A DNA stretch of 64,000 nucleotides from Saccostrea cucullata (Eukaryota), in the NCBI RefSeq assembly GCF_032062105.1, contig NW_026941020.1:1-64000 (forward strand), in the 5' to 3' direction. The stretch's first letter is position 1; every line of letters begins with the position of its first letter. The notes under the pieces are model-generated. The model saw only the letters and a list, made by a program, of their open reading frames with translations. It made no database searches and was not told the origin of the DNA. Positions 52,521 through 64,000 of this stretch are shown piece after piece. Position numbers and translations under genes: made by a program.

Positions 52521-53011
52521 ATTTCACTGACAACATTACTATTATTTTCTAAAATGATAATCTGAGCGTTTTTTGGTAGCAGAGATTGTTATCATGAGTA
52601 GAGTGTTGTAGATATACACTGTATTAAGATTTCTTGTTAGAAGACGACCTTGATGCTTGTTATTGTTTCACTCATGTTGCTATGGTGATTATAACACAAA
52701 TTAAATGAACTATAGTGACTCTATGCATTAAATGTTTCCTTTATCCATTTGAAATAGTGCAGAATAAACAAGAAAGCGTGAACTTAAATTAGCAAGGGGT
52801 AAAAAATGTTCTAATAATGATTTCATGCACCACTAAAATAAGCATGTTTACAATATCTCTTGCTTGCTGAAATGAGTCAAGTATTGAGTACAGGGAAACC
52901 TTTCATATCACTGGGACTTGAGTCTCACCTTGCATTGGTATAAATGCAGGTGTCAATTTTAAATAACTCTTAGTTCTGTGAAACAGTAAGCAATGGTACA
53001 CTGTAAATCCG

Positions 53012-54230
53012 AAAGGATGTATTCACTTTAACAAAAGAATTGACCTATAGGAGGGAACAATTTCCCGGAAAAAGTGACATTTAAAAATCGATCTTTATTT
53101 GTATTTTTCTACCGTATATATGTCTACATTTTTCAAATTTGTATTTTATGCCTAAAATTTATTATTTACAACTTTACAATAAACCTCCAAAGTTGACCGA
53201 AACACCATTTTGTCCGTTAAAGCGTTGATTTTTGCATGAATTTTGGCCTTGAAGTCCATCAGGGCAGGCCTGCCCCTAAATAAAATTATAATATTTTGAT
53301 AGGTTAGGACGTAAGGAATAATTTAAGATAAGATTTTTTTAGGGGCATCCCTGCCCTGGGGTTGAAATTCACAAAAAACCTACAAAAAATAAGGAAACCT
53401 GATTTTCATAATCTGCTTTAAATTTATGCCTTTTATTCTTATAGACAGACTAGCTCAGTTGATATATGTGCTGACTTTTACACCTTGGATACTTTCTTTT
53501 TAAAGGCGGGGGTTCGAATCCACCTGGTACAACACTTTAACGTTTTAAATTTCCCTTTTTCAGAAACTATTTTATTTTTTTTTATAGACGTGTATTTTTC
53601 TTTCAATTATCTAATCCCTTATGCATGCCAATTCTTGATATAAGAAACACTTAAGAGATATCAAATTGTAAAAATCCAATGTACAGTTGTCAGTCAGTTG
53701 GAACGAACCTCAATATAAGCACACTTTCTCTGAGGACAAGAATAACTCACTATGTGTTACTCAATAGAGGTTCTCTTGGCAACATATTGAGCTGTGACGA
53801 ATTTCAATTGTATATATTCCTTAGAATTTAATCACCTTGATTTTGGCTTCATATTTCAGTAAATGCACTCCCTTGGATTTCATTGAGGCCTATATAATTT
53901 GCACACATTAATGACATGTTTTAATATCTCCACAGATAAATAGCCTAGACATAAGGAATAGAATTTTCGAGACAGTAGGCATTACCCTTATGCATTATGA
54001 GAAGTAAAGACAAATATCAATTATTACATTTGGAGATAACAAACTCAGAAAATCAAAGAAAGGGTTTCTCCTACCTCTACTCACTGAAATAAAGATTTAG
54101 GAAAAAACAAATTGTTATATGTATTCAGCTTAATGTCATTAAGTGGAACGGAAATCGACAAGCTTTTAGTAGAGAAAAAACCAAGCCCGGCCCTATAGGT
54201 CAGATCCCTATTTATAATGAAGTGATCCTT
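53012..54230. mobile_element. Non-autonomous TIR element (possibly Kolobok-like) with an internal tRNA-like A/B box
   Basis: Inverted TGACCTATAGG (53041) / CCTATAGGTCA (54192), plus TAGCTCAGTTG ... GGTTCGAATCC at about 53450-53521. Confidence 0.5.
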
Positions 54231-55161
54231 TTATGACTGTATTTTATTCAAATTTAAGTAACAATGCACAAATTACATAAAAAAGTACATTAATAAATAG
54301 TACAAATATTTTTGTTGACAAATCTTGTCTTTTTTTGGCCATTGCACATGTAATAAATTCTAGATCATACATTTGAAATAAATACTTGAGAATTTCACAC
54401 TTGAAAAGTTCAATGCAAAAATGTCAGATCCACACTTGTAAATACACATAATAAGATCTCTAGATTTTGTCTGGTTCTCCACTCATGTCTTAAACATGGT
54501 GGGTTTTATTTCAGAGATGCACAGTGAAATTCCGTTGCAGCATTCTGGACTTGCAAAGGATTACCACTAGCATGCTTATTTTTTTTCACTTTTTAAATAA
54601 CTACAGTTACTAGATTTGGAATTCATCTAAGATACTCATTTGTTTATAACTATTATTTTTCCTTTACTTGTAATATCTTTAAAAAGATAACACATGGTAC
54701 ATTATGAAAGCAAATACACATGTACCGGTACATGTATTACAACACAGATCCCAATAAAGCTGAGCAATGATTGAATAAAATGTAATGATTCCTGCTGTAA
54801 AGCCAACCAGCATATCTGTAATCATCTAATACAACATTAAGTGTACCATACAGTAAAATGATACACCACAATGTTCATTTGAAGACCTCAATACATTTAC
54901 ATGTAACATATATTTATGGAACAGTGGCACAGATCCAGATATCAAGTGCCCCTGGAATAATCACCAGCTGTTAGTACATACTTTTTGCCATTGTGACAGT
55001 CTTAAACAGTCTAGTGTTAAATATCATAATTTAATTAATTGGTCTTTGTACTGAAATGTGGCAGTGAGTTTTCTCTTGGGCCTGCAGTTTAAGAGATTTA
55101 GTAAATGACTTTTATCCTTTTAATGGACAGTTTTATGTGTAACGTCATTTGTAAGTCGGCA

Positions 55162-58100
55162 TTATAGAGAAGACTTCTGTCTGAAGCTGATGAGGGGTTC
55201 CGTTTCACTTCCCGTGCTGCGTCCAGATCGCCCGGACCGATTGATAATGGCACTCCCACTGGAGCCACTGTACTGCACATCTGACTGGAAGATGTTGAGA
55301 CGAAGCCTATGATTGGCTGGGAGTCCCCAGAAAACCAAAGCAGCTAAGAGAGCTTGAAGGGGATTGGATACTGCCTAAAATCAGAAAAGTAAAATGTAGA
55401 CATCAGAATCAGACAATATGGCCTAATGCAGCTTTGTACTGGAATTAATTTTACATTACAGTTTTCACATAAGTGACTTCTATGCACAGTTTGTCACATG
55501 CCTACTTCACAACTTTGTAGCACTCGATATCAAAATTTTACAACTTTAACAGATATGTACACTCAAACTTCATTATTTTGATTTCAAGAGAACCAAGATT
55601 TTACTTTTGTATATCCAAGGATTCAAGATAACAAGGATAAAATCTAGAAGACTGGGACTGTAAAGTACATACTGACATACCCCTGGTATTTATGATATCA
55701 GTGTTCAAGATTACAAAATTCAACTGTATATGATTGACAAGTATTTTATGTATTACTCTTATACCCTTATCTTCTTCTAAAACCAGTCTTTAATCAATGA
55801 ACATGAAGACTTTACCTATATAAATAAATACATACCAGTATTTACTGAAATGAAGACTTTACTTAGTATATGGGTAAATAATTAAGGGACATTACATACC
55901 ATTAGTATAAAGAAAGCCAGGATGCTCTTGTCGTCTGGTATAAATGATGTGGCGGCAGCCTTTGACCTCAGCAGTAGAACTGCATTGACAAGATTAGGTA
56001 TCCAACTGAAAGTCAACCATAAATTATCATAACTCAGTTCTAAACAGCCATATTTTATATCAGAAGGAATCAATCGATTTCGTACAATGGACTGTAGTAA
56101 TAAGATAAATCTTTCAAAGTCAGATTTTACTCCAAACAATATGTAAATGATAAACTAGAAATCATTATCTGGAAGCTGTGTTGCCTCTCTAGAGCAGCAA
56201 ACTTGACTTGTTACCTAGACATCCTGAAACTTTATCTAACTCTAATGCTATAACTACCCTGTATACATTACCCTGTGAATATACTTAAATCTTAAAACCT
56301 TGTATAAACTCATAAGCTATGTACAACTAAACTTTTACCTAAAAGCTTCCAGAAAGTACTATAATCCTTCTTTTATGGTAACTCACCAAACGAAATAAAT
56401 GATGAGAATCAGATAAAACTTGGTATGTATGGCATCCACTAGTTTTCTTTCTGAGGAGGTGTAGCGTCCATAGTGCCAAATAAGAGCCCGCTTAGCTGAA
56501 AGAATAACAAGCCAGATTATCATCAGAGAATAGGCTCAGTCGCCATCAGTTTCTGTGTCTTTGGTCAATAATTTTGGGCATCTAGTCTATTTGTTTTCTA
56601 GTCATTAAGTATAATGGCAATGGTGACCTACCTGACTTGCCTGCCTGGTAGAAAATGATTGGATTACCAAGCATCACTATGACAACGGGGGACAGGAAGA
56701 GGAGATAAACAATGGCCGACTTTGTAATGCTCAGAGAAAAACATCTGTAACAGAAAAACATCATTCTACATATTAAGTAGATAATAAACACAAAGGAGGC
56801 CCATAGGCTTTGAGCTTTGGCTTTAGAAGACTTAAAAACAATGAAATTAACTTACGTTTGGAAGCCTTTATAGTACACTACTACTCCAGCTGATGCTGTT
56901 AGAATAGCAGGGATAAACCACCCCACAAACACTTTAAGACTAGAGGTCCTGAAAATATAAAACAGCAGATATACCAGCCAATGTCAAAATTATCATAATA
57001 GATATGATGAACAGAATAAGTGAGCTTAAAGATGTATAATAATTGTATGATATCTAATTTTAAAAATCATTATAAAAACCAAAATCAGATAAACTTAACT
57101 TCTAACAATCAAATTGTCACACAATTAACCAACAAAAAGCCTTTAAAAATAAATTCCTGCAATTTTATTTTCAAATATCTACCTATATAAAAACTAAAAC
57201 CTTTTTTATCATGAAAATGCATGGTAATTGAGCATCTGAAGAAAAATCTTATGTTAAGCAACTGGTTTATATAAGCCTTATAGTTTCTTGGTGAATACTG
57301 CACCCATAACTTTTAAATTTTCTGGAAAATGTAGGTTTTCAGCGAAGCAAGTACATTAGTGTGCATCCTTAGATGTATCATCTCCATGCAAGTTTGTTCA
57401 ACATAGTGCTTAAAGTTACTTGCAAATGAAACCTGTATAAAATAATAACCTATTCCACTAATCCAGAAAATGTAAATTTTCATCCGAAGCACACTAGAAT
57501 GCACCCTTAGATGTACCATCCATGCAAGTTTGGTCATTATAGGGCTCAAAGTTACTTGGAAATAAAAAGTGATTTACCTGTTTATATCAGAAAATGTAGG
57601 TCAGATTATAAGCAAGGTGGTATATGATTTATCATCCATGTAAGTTTGGTCATAAAATTTTATAGTAACTTGGAAATAAACCTACCAAAAACTTTAACTT
57701 TTGAACATCTGTCAGATTAGCATCCGAAGCAATATGTCAAAATGAGGTGGCTGTACCATCCATTTTTCATTTATTTTCTCTCTCAGTAATGAAACCTTCA
57801 CCAATTGCATTTGTTATCAATCGATGTATACAGAACTCCGAAGCTATTAGATTCATACTTACAGTTTATCATCCATGTAAGTTTGGTCATTATATGTCCT
57901 CCATAGCATGGAAATGAAACCTGCACCAAAAACTTGACCTGTACAGGTGAAAAAATGTACAAGATCCACACCTAAATCAAATGGATAAACTTAACTTTTA
58001 ATCACTATTATGACTGAGAGGTAATCTAATAACCTTCACCAAAAACTTCAAAATCAATATACATGAAAATGTACATCCATTCAGCATCCAAGCAAGGCTG

Positions 58101-61100
58101 GTAGTATGCAGCCTAAGATGTATCATCCATGTAAGTTTGGTCAATATACTTTCCATTGAAACTTGGAAATATATCTGCACCAAAAACTTTAACCTAATTA
58201 ACTTAAAAATCAAATTTCAAGGTTTGGCCATATCAATTTATTTAGGTCAATACACATGTATTACCATCCATGCAAGTTTGGTCACATAGCTTATAAACAA
58301 AACCCTTAATGAAACCTTCACCAAAAAGTTTAACCTGGAGAAAAAATGTACAATAATTAATACAAAACAAAGGCTGGTGTCTTTGTTGTACATATGTAAG
58401 TTTGGTCAACATAGGGCTTATATTCTCGGAAATGAGATACACCAATAACTGCACCAAAAATGTTAACCTGCACCAAAAACATAAACCTGGATTTTTGCTG
58501 AAATTGCAGCATCTGAAACTCTGATGGTACAATGAGACACACAGCAACATCTTCCATGCATGTTAATCAATATGACATAAGTACAGAAAACTTCCAAAAA
58601 ACTTGATGTTGACCCGGGACGAATTGTGAATGGATGCATTGATGTTAAACTACAGGTGAGCTAAAAACATTAAAGAGAAAACCAAAATCAGATAAACTTA
58701 ACTTCTAACAATCATTGCATGCAGTACGCTGAAAAAGCCTTTAAACAATAAATTCCTGGTTTATTTTCAAATATCTACCTGCATATTTTTGAGTAAATAA
58801 GTAACCTTTTTTACTTAGTTGCATGGTAATTGAGTTAAGAAAACTTTGAATGGAAATATGGAATACTGTAGATCACTAAATTTTCGCGACAATATTTAAT
58901 GTCATTCGATATTTTAGCGAAAAAATTTTGAATTGTTTTTCTATTTTATCTTTTAAGGAATACTATTATACGCAAATTAAATTTTCAGTAGCACACTTTT
59001 GCGTAATTAAGAAAGCAAGTTCTCACGAATAAAAAGTGATTTACAGTATATCAAATGGTACAGATTATAAGCCTAGTTTATATGACTTAATCCAGAGCAA
59101 GTCTAAAATTTTATTATAAACAAGAGGCCCACGGGCCTTATAGGTCACCTGAGTATCATGTAACAACTTTCAAACAATGGAATTTGGTTTGTGTTTTAAA
59201 ACCAGAGGCCATGAAATTCACAATTTTGAAAGAGTCACCGTTGCTTATCATAATAATACACTTAGCATGCTTACTCTAGTTACTTTATACCCAGAGGTAG
59301 ATCAGAGTAACAAAGAGAAAATGCATTTCCACTTTGTAACCAGTTGTGCACCTGACCCCATAGGAACCACATATTTCAAAATTTTGGAAATTTTATCATA
59401 AATTTTATTTCATCATGAATGATTTATTAATATTAAAGAGCAGATTTCAAAGCATTAATTTATTTTTAGACTATGTAACCCCCTCCCCCCCCCCCAATAC
59501 CCCTGACCCTGGGGACATGAAATTAACCATTTTGCTAGATGCACCTTTTTTCATCATAAATATATATACTTAGATCATTGGCATAATACCCAGGAGCAAA
59601 GAAAAATATTTTCAAAGAATTCATACATTTTCATTATATAATCATTAGAGGCATTTAGAGCCCTACCCTAACACCAGAACACCTGACCCAGGGGCCATGA
59701 AATTGACAATTTTGGAAGAGGCATCCTTCCTAATCATAACTATGTTCATAGTTCATTGGTTTAATACCCATGGGAGTAGTGAAGAAGATTTTCAAAGAAT
59801 CAATGTACTAGTTTTTTCATTATATAATCAATAGAGCCCCCACCCCAACACCAGAAACCCCAACCCAGGGGCCATAAAATTCACAATTTTGGAAGAAACA
59901 CTCTTGCTCATCATAACTATATACTTAGTTAGTTTGTTTAATACCCAGGAGCAAAGAATTTTTAAGGGATTTTTTAAAGAATTAATGTATTTTCATTATA
60001 TAATCAACCCACTCACCCGTTTCACCAAAACCCCTGACCCAGGGGCCATCCAATTCATAAATATGGTTGAGGCACTCTTGTTAATAATAGCTACTTAGTA
60101 GAATAATTCATTTAATACCCAGGAGCAGAGGAGAATGATTTTTGAAGTAATTAATGCATTTTCACTATATGATCAATAGAGCCCCGCCCTAACACCACAA
60201 CCCCCAATCCAGGGGTCATAAAATTCACAATTTTGGAAGAAGCACTCTTGCTCATCATAACTATACTCTTGTTGAATACCCAGGAGTAAAGAAGAAGATT
60301 TTTTAAGAATTAATGTATTTTCACTATACTATTGTTTGCAACTGACTGTAAAGTTTCACGTTACGTCACGATCTAGTTGACAGCTTCACTCAAGGTAATT
60401 TGTACACGCCTCCTAACTGCAAGCTTTACGACTGGAACTTTCTTCTTATCCCTGATTGGTTGCTCGTGCTACAGACTATTTCCGTATCAATGTTGATAAT
60501 TTGAGTTGACCAATCACGTGAATTGTTTACGCTGGATGCATTTGAGGAAAAAGATTGTAACGAAACGTGAAACTTTACAGTTAGCTGCAAACAATAGTAT
60601 AATCAATATAGCCACGCCTTAACACCAGAAACCCTGACCCAGGGGCCATGAAATTCACAATTTCTGAAGAGGTACTCTTTGTCATCATAACTATGTACTT
60701 GGTTATTTTGTTTAATGCCCAGGAGCAGAGGAGAAGATTTTCAAAGAATTAATGTATTTTTACTAGTATATAATCAATAGAGCCCCATCCTAACACCAGA
60801 AACCCTGACCCAGGGGCCATGAAATTCACAATTTTCAAAGAGGCACTCTTGGTCATCATAACTATGTACTTGGTTAGTTGGTTTAATACCCAGGAGCAGA
60901 GAAGAAGATTTTCAAACAAATAATGAACTTTTACTATATGATCTATATAACCCCGCCCTAACACCAGTAAGGGGCCATGAAATTATATATATATATATAT
61001 TTTACAATCATGCAAACAGTTTGACTGCTTGATGTTCAGGAGTAAAGAAGAAGATTTTTAAAGATTGCACTAATTTTAGTGGTTTTGGCCCCACCCCTCA

Positions 61101-63905
61101 GGCCCCAGGGGGGGCAGGGACCATGAAATTCACAATTTTTTTTCCCTTTCACCCATAGATGCTGTATACCAAATTTAGTTGAAATTGGCTCAGTAGTTCC
61201 AGAGAAGAAGCTAAAAATGTTCAAAAGTTTACAAACGACGTACAACGTATGACACACGACGACGGACGAAAACAGATAGCAATAGGTCACCTGAGTTTAC
61301 TCAGGTGACCTAATAAAATACAGTTGAACTTTTGACATCTGGATTACCAGACATATGTCAAAATGAGGTGGCTGTTCCAACCATTTTTCTTTATTTTCTC
61401 TCTCAGTAGTGAGTACTGTCAATTGCATTTCTTATCAATCTCTATACAGAACTGCTATTAGATTCATACTTACAGTTCTTTGTTGTTTGACACCATATAG
61501 GCCTCCATAGCATAGACGAGGTGCCAGAAATGATTGCAGGTGAAAAAATACAAGATCCACACCTAAATTAAATGGATAAACTTAACTTTTAATCACTATT
61601 ATGACTGAGAGATAATCTAATAACCAAAACTATGACACTCAAAATCAATATACATGCATGTACATCCATTGTACTCATCAACAAGTTTCGTAGGTCAGCC
61701 AAGGGGACAATTTGAGCAATACACTTTCCATTGAAACAGGTACAATATATCTGATCAAAAGTTCTAATAATTATCTTTCAAATATAGGTTTGGCCATAAA
61801 ATTTAAATCCTCAATACACATGTTTTTTAATAAGACTCACATAGCTTATAAACAAAACCCTTATTGAGTCAGACACAAAGTTGTAGGAGAAAAAAGTACA
61901 ATAATTAATACAAAACAAAGGTTGTCTTTGTTGACATATAGACAGTGTAGCATTCTCTGCTGATAATAGATGTATTCTGACTAAAAAATAAAACTGCTTT
62001 TGACAAACTTGCTGCTCTGATAAAACAGAGAAACAAACATAGGTGTTATCATCCTGATAAGTCAAACAACAATCTTACAGAGAAAATTGCTAATTTTAAA
62101 ATACATGTATAACCTTAAAGAGATATATTGTTAAAACAGAATTTAAGTTTTTAATGAAATAGATTTGCAATGGATGTCATGTGATATATCAAATTTTCTA
62201 GATGACGTGCCAAGTATCAAACTTTGAATGGAAATATGGCAGATAAAACAATATTTAATGTCATCGATATTTTCAGAAAAAATTGCATTATTTTTCTTTT
62301 TGCTTTTAAAGAATATTTAGCAATCTAGCTGTTTGAGTAGTGCCCCTTTTCATGATAAGAAAGCAATGATCTGACAAGAGAAGGAGATTTACACAGACAA
62401 ACTTCCAGCTAGGTTTGTTAACAGTTATTGGTCCACAAAACAAAACAAGTCTTAGGTTCCTGACTGTCCGAAGAAATATGTCCGGTAGTTTAAATCCAAT
62501 GAACCCCTAGCTTTGCCTCACCTTCAATCGAACTTGAACATTACACCTACATAATTATATCTAAAGGACTTCAAATTTGTAGTATTTTGTACAAAATTTG
62601 AAAGTAATGTCAGGCAGATTGATACGTTTTTGATGCAATTCATTGTGACATAGGCAACCCATTTTATACGATATAAAATAGTTTAGGCTTTTTAAACTGC
62701 AAAGGAGTTTATAAAAAAGCATAAACTGGTCCAACCCAGTTTATACCGAATAAGAGGGGTAGCTATTTAATTCTTTCATTATAATTTAGTTTTACATTTG
62801 GTGACAGAACAAAAATAATGGCTAAAAAACTTCAATTTTGTATTTTGACAAAAGAAATAATGTCTGGATAAAACGTTTTTGATGCAATTCATTGTGACAT
62901 AGGCAACCCATTTTATACGATATAAAATATTTTTTTTATCCAATCAAATACAGCGTTACAACCAGAATTAAATTATAACTGGATAAAACTTACATTGCTG
63001 ACAATACAGAAATAATGGCTGGATAAAACTTACATTGCTGACAATACAGAAATAATGGCTGGATAAAACTTACATTGCTGACAATACAGAAATAATGGCT
63101 GGCATCCATACAGGTCTTCTTTGTGTCAGGGAAGGCGTGGGCCAACCACACTGCAGACCTCACCAGCAAACCTGGCAACATAATAGACAATTTAAACTTA
63201 GACAACATGATCAAAGGTATTGGTCTTGTAGTCTGATTTCATTTAATACTAAATACATATTATCCAATGAGTACCCTTCACATCCATCTCCCCACTCTAC
63301 CCCAAAAATAGGGGGAAAATTAAGAGCGAAGTTAAAACAAATGCTGTTTTTCTCCATGAGGAAAATAAAGTTAAAATACCAGGGTTCCCTTCTGTGATTA
63401 TTAAACTTGGATAACTCTACCTGGATGTAGCTATTAATAAAAATTTTTGTTCCTTCTACAGACTAGCTAAGACTTTACAATTGAAGTTGGAAACTACCAC
63501 AGCAACCCTGATCATTATTACTAAGTACTAGAGGGTATTATTTAACATAATACATAAAACTAAAAGTTCCTGCATATAGAAGCTAACCAGACATAAGTCT
63601 ACATATCTAGGCTACTTCTGTGGATTATTTGTCTTACCTATGACGGCCAGAACGTTGACTGACACCAGGCTTTTGATGATGCTGTTGAGATTCGGTCCAA
63701 CTAAGATTCGGTTTTTACTCTGAAACACCTCCGAGCTCCCGTCCTTCCTCGGCCAGACAAGAAACAGGACAGAAATCAGACTAATGGAACAGAACACGAC
63801 AGAGAGAATGTTGACAACTTCTCCCACCGTCCTCCCCTCTAAATCCTTAGAATGCGAAACGTTGTGAGCCAGACAACATTTGGATAGAAATCCCGGGGAC
63901 GCCAT
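55162..63905 (-). CDS. GPR143: G-protein coupled receptor 143 / OA1-like (exons 63905-63638, 63171-63074, 61562-61474, 56948-56856, 56744-56632, 56495-56387, 56005-55900, 55374-55162)
   Basis: MASP...CC start, GLLVRSAVWL, FC..VWI.YF...W...YA.EAY, NPIIF, GRYTSSERK....I.TKF, CWIPN.VN and NPLQ match OA1; eight exons are in phase. Confidence 0.88.
59119..61312 (-). mobile_element. HINE-type Helitron with ~180-bp internal tandem repeats
   Basis: Ends AACAAGAGGCCCACGGGCC...GGTCACCTGAGT and GGTCACCTGAGT..ACTCAGGTGACCTAA, a GACGAC microsatellite, and repeated CCCTGACCCAGGGGCCATGAAATTCACAATTTT. Confidence 0.8.
60329..60597. mobile_element. MITE nested in the HINE
   Basis: About 45-bp TIR CTATTGTTTGCAACTGACTGTAAAGTTTCACGTT / AACGTGAAACTTTACAGTTAGCTGCAAACAATAG with TA/TATA flanks. 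Confidence 0.8.
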
Positions 63906-64000
63906 TGTTCACGCTGAGTTGGCTCTGATTTTAGGGACACAGACTTGGGGCATTCACTCACATGGCCTGTTGTTTGTCAGGGGAAGTAATCCAATCTTGA

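Noticed and set aside
57860-57975. Alternative (mutually exclusive) GPR143 exon 3
   Set aside because: The copy is scrambled with satellite sequence and loses the reading frame; likely an assembly chimera.

Overview
Eukaryotic, AT-rich, intron-containing genomic DNA, most likely from an oyster (Crassostrea/Magallana-like). This is inferred from a Cg170-like ~167-bp satellite and HINE-type non-autonomous Helitrons. Seven spliced genes can be reconstructed by hand: the 3' end of PHKB (+), an uncharacterised PRR11/MTFR-like gene (-), RNF10 (+), MRM1 (+), CCDC92 (-), a Deltex WWE-RING-DTC E3 ligase (+) and GPR143/OA1 (-). The main novelty is an intact, young L1/Tx1-clade LINE in Deltex intron 4 (about 44594-50093, minus strand, 14-bp TSD, poly-A tail). 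Its ORF1 carries zinc knuckles fused to a C-terminal NADAR/YbiA-type domain, and it is nested inside a Harbinger-like MITE. A second theme is that many local tandem repeats are amplified exon-intron junctions of the host genes. The largest is the >5-kb 37-bp satellite at the window start, which reads as the PHKB exon end TTILVRGKQ plus its splice donor. The region 57.0-59.1 kb looks like an assembly consensus chimera. All protein assignments rest on recalled motif similarity; no searches were run.
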